From positions 1 to 26,609 of IMG/VR virus record IMGVR_UViG_3300027769_000113: a stretch of 26,609 nucleotides of DNA, one strand, 5' to 3'. Shown here in pieces: positions 25,008-26,609 of the stretch; position 1 is the stretch's first letter; the number at the start of each line of letters is the position of its first letter. Under the pieces are notes generated by a model that saw only the letters and a program-made list of their open reading frames with translations, ran no database searches and had not been told where the DNA came from. Made by a program: the position numbers and the translations under genes. Origin of the DNA: a virus. Lineage: Duplodnaviria > Caudoviricetes.

Positions 25008-25507
25008 ACAACCCACCACCCGGATCTTATTGCACGGACATGGCCGCCGAAATCGATACGCCAGAGGAAACCCTGGCCGATGAGCTGGGCATTCCACTCA
25101 AGGCCGCCGGCCTAGTCATGGCTCACGTCGATACCGAGGTGCGCAAGAGCCAAGCCCTCATCCTCGCCAGGGTAATTGGATTGTTACTCAAAGCCTCGAA
25201 CCTTCCGGCCATGGCGCACGCCATCGCATTCGCATCCGGCCTAGATCAACTCAACGGTGCAAAATCCCAAGCAGAAGTGGCAAGAGAGCTAGGCGTCACC
25301 CGTGCGCTCTTATCGCATTACACGCTAGGCGTCCGCGATGTCCTCAGCGGAAAGGACAGCGCCTTTGAATGCACCAAGTTCCGCAAGAGCCAAGCCAGCC
25401 GCGCAACCTTCAAGGCCAAGGCAACCGACCCTTTCACCGCAGCAAAAGCAGCAGCCATACAACGCTACAAAGCATCAACTAAAATAACAAAAAAATGCAA
25501 CTCATAG
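25004..25507 (+). CDS. HTH DNA-binding protein
   Basis: SQAEVARELGVTRALLSHY helix-turn-helix. Confidence 0.7.
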   Translation: MNNPPPGSYCTDMAAEIDTPEETLADELGIPLKAAGLVMAHVDTEVRKSQALILARVIGLLLKASNLPAMAHAIAFASGLDQLNGAKSQAEVARELGVTRALLSHYTLGVRDVLSGKDSAFECTKFRKSQASRATFKAKATDPFTAAKAAAIQRYKASTKITKKCNS

Positions 25508-25926
25508 ACGCTACCATGTTCACGCTCCACGCGCTGAACCTACCCGCAACCCTCACACCCGCCGAATGGACCGACATCCACCGCGACATCCTAACATGCA
25601 AGAAGGCCGCATCCAAGTGGCTCAGTCAGTCACGCGACTACGGGACAGCACGATGGGGCATAGAGTTCACAGCCGACACCGAGGCGCAGCTTGAGCTAGA
25701 CCTCGGCCTCGCCCTACCCGAAGCCAAGCCAGCCCTCAACCCTGCCGACAAGACTAAGGCCATCGTGACCATCGAGGGTTTGTCTCAATCCTTCATATTG
25801 TGGCAGCGCAAGATGAGCGACGAGATCCAAGGGTGGGACAAGGACCGGCTCAACCGCGCACTCGAACTCCTCGAACCAATGGAGCGCGAGGCCAAGCGCG
25901 TCCGCGAACTCCTCGCCAAGGTATGA
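25495..25926 (+). CDS. hypothetical protein
   Basis: 143 aa clean ORF, last gene before the terS intergenic region. Confidence 0.7.
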   Translation: MQLIDATMFTLHALNLPATLTPAEWTDIHRDILTCKKAASKWLSQSRDYGTARWGIEFTADTEAQLELDLGLALPEAKPALNPADKTKAIVTIEGLSQSFILWQRKMSDEIQGWDKDRLNRALELLEPMEREAKRVRELLAKV

Positions 25927-26011
25927 GGGGGGGCTATAAGGAATCTTTTTAAGTCTGTGGATTCTAGCAGTTTGACCAGACGCTCGTTGTTTTTCTGAGT
26001 GTTGCATAGTT

Positions 26012-26017
26012 TTGACA
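26012..26017 (+). promoter_or_regulatory. TTGACA element
   Basis: TTTTGACA-N13-GTG 26031; flanked by a GTTGCATAG direct repeat. Confidence 0.6.
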
Positions 26018-26030
26018 CGTTGCATAGGGC

Positions 26031-26609
26031 GTGGGCGTAACGGAACTAAGCAACATTCTAGGAATCGACAAGTCGGTGGTGTCGCGCCTCGTCAAGAAAG
26101 GGATGCCGACCAACTCGGTGGACGCCGCCCAGGCGTGGAGGGAGACCAACGCCCCGCCCCGCGCCAAGCGTGGCCAACGAGGCGAGACCCCGCCCGCGCC
26201 GAAACTACCGAAGGTCGCCGAACCTCCGAGAGTCTCAAAGGTCGCCGAACCTCTGCCAGTTCCTCCCCCGCCGGTTGACGCCGTTCCACCTCCTCGCCAT
26301 AGCGACCCCGAGCCCGAGGACGAAGACAACACGCCCCGCCAATCCCTCCGCCGCGCCCGGCTCGCTGAGAAAGTGGGCTACAACGAACTCGTCGTTTGCA
26401 AGCGCAACGGCGGGAGCATCGAGGATATCCGAAAAGCTAACGCCGTCTACATCGCCAGCCGCAACAACCGCCACAAAGCCGAGCGCGACTTCAAGGAATG
26501 GCAACGCGACGAAGGCATCCTCTTATTTTTCGACGAAGCTCGGGACATTACGGGACGTCCGCACATCGCCGTTCGCCAGACCCTCGAGGTCGCTGCCAAG
26601 ACGCTTGCC
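26031..26609 (+). CDS. terminase small subunit (Nu1-like), 3' truncated; not in ORF track
   Basis: Frame open to the window end: MGVTELSNILGIDKSVVSRLVKKGMP...AAQAWR HTH, Pro-rich linker, helical C-terminal part. Confidence 0.75.
   Translation, partial: MGVTELSNILGIDKSVVSRLVKKGMPTNSVDAAQAWRETNAPPRAKRGQRGETPPAPKLPKVAEPPRVSKVAEPLPVPPPPVDAVPPPRHSDPEPEDEDNTPRQSLRRARLAEKVGYNELVVCKRNGGSIEDIRKANAVYIASRNNRHKAERDFKEWQRDEGILLFFDEARDITGRPHIAVRQTLEVAAKTLA

Noticed and set aside
26211-26253. AAGGTCGCCGAACCTC direct repeat
   Set aside because: Simple coding duplication (KVAEP) in the terS linker

Overview
The window is most of a compact temperate tailed (sipho-like) phage genome in its free, attP-containing form. 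It starts inside the portal gene and ends inside the small terminase gene, and almost all genes are on the + strand. Gene order: portal, ClpP-type protease with a probable nested scaffold, capsid, head-tail genes, tail tube, frameshifted tail chaperone, tape measure, tail tip/fibre modules, lysis cassette with an M15 endolysin, attP (3' half of tRNA-Thr CGT), tyrosine integrase, divergent control region, Xis, Bet/RecE/SSB-like recombination genes, C5 methyltransferase, initiator-like gene plus iteron origin, DnaB helicase, RuvC-like resolvase, an HTH protein and terS. Most unusual signals: (1) a putative lysogeny switch made of two divergent paralogous ribbon-helix-helix proteins, one of which has a textbook -1 frameshift signal giving a Cys-rich isoform not shown in the ORF track; (2) a recurrent TTGACA-N13-15-purine element before late genes that does not fit normal -35/-10 geometry; (3) a methyltransferase encoded in two fully overlapping frames; (4) inverted heptamer arrays bracketing a Cys-rich tail cassette. 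All calls were made by eye; no searches were run.
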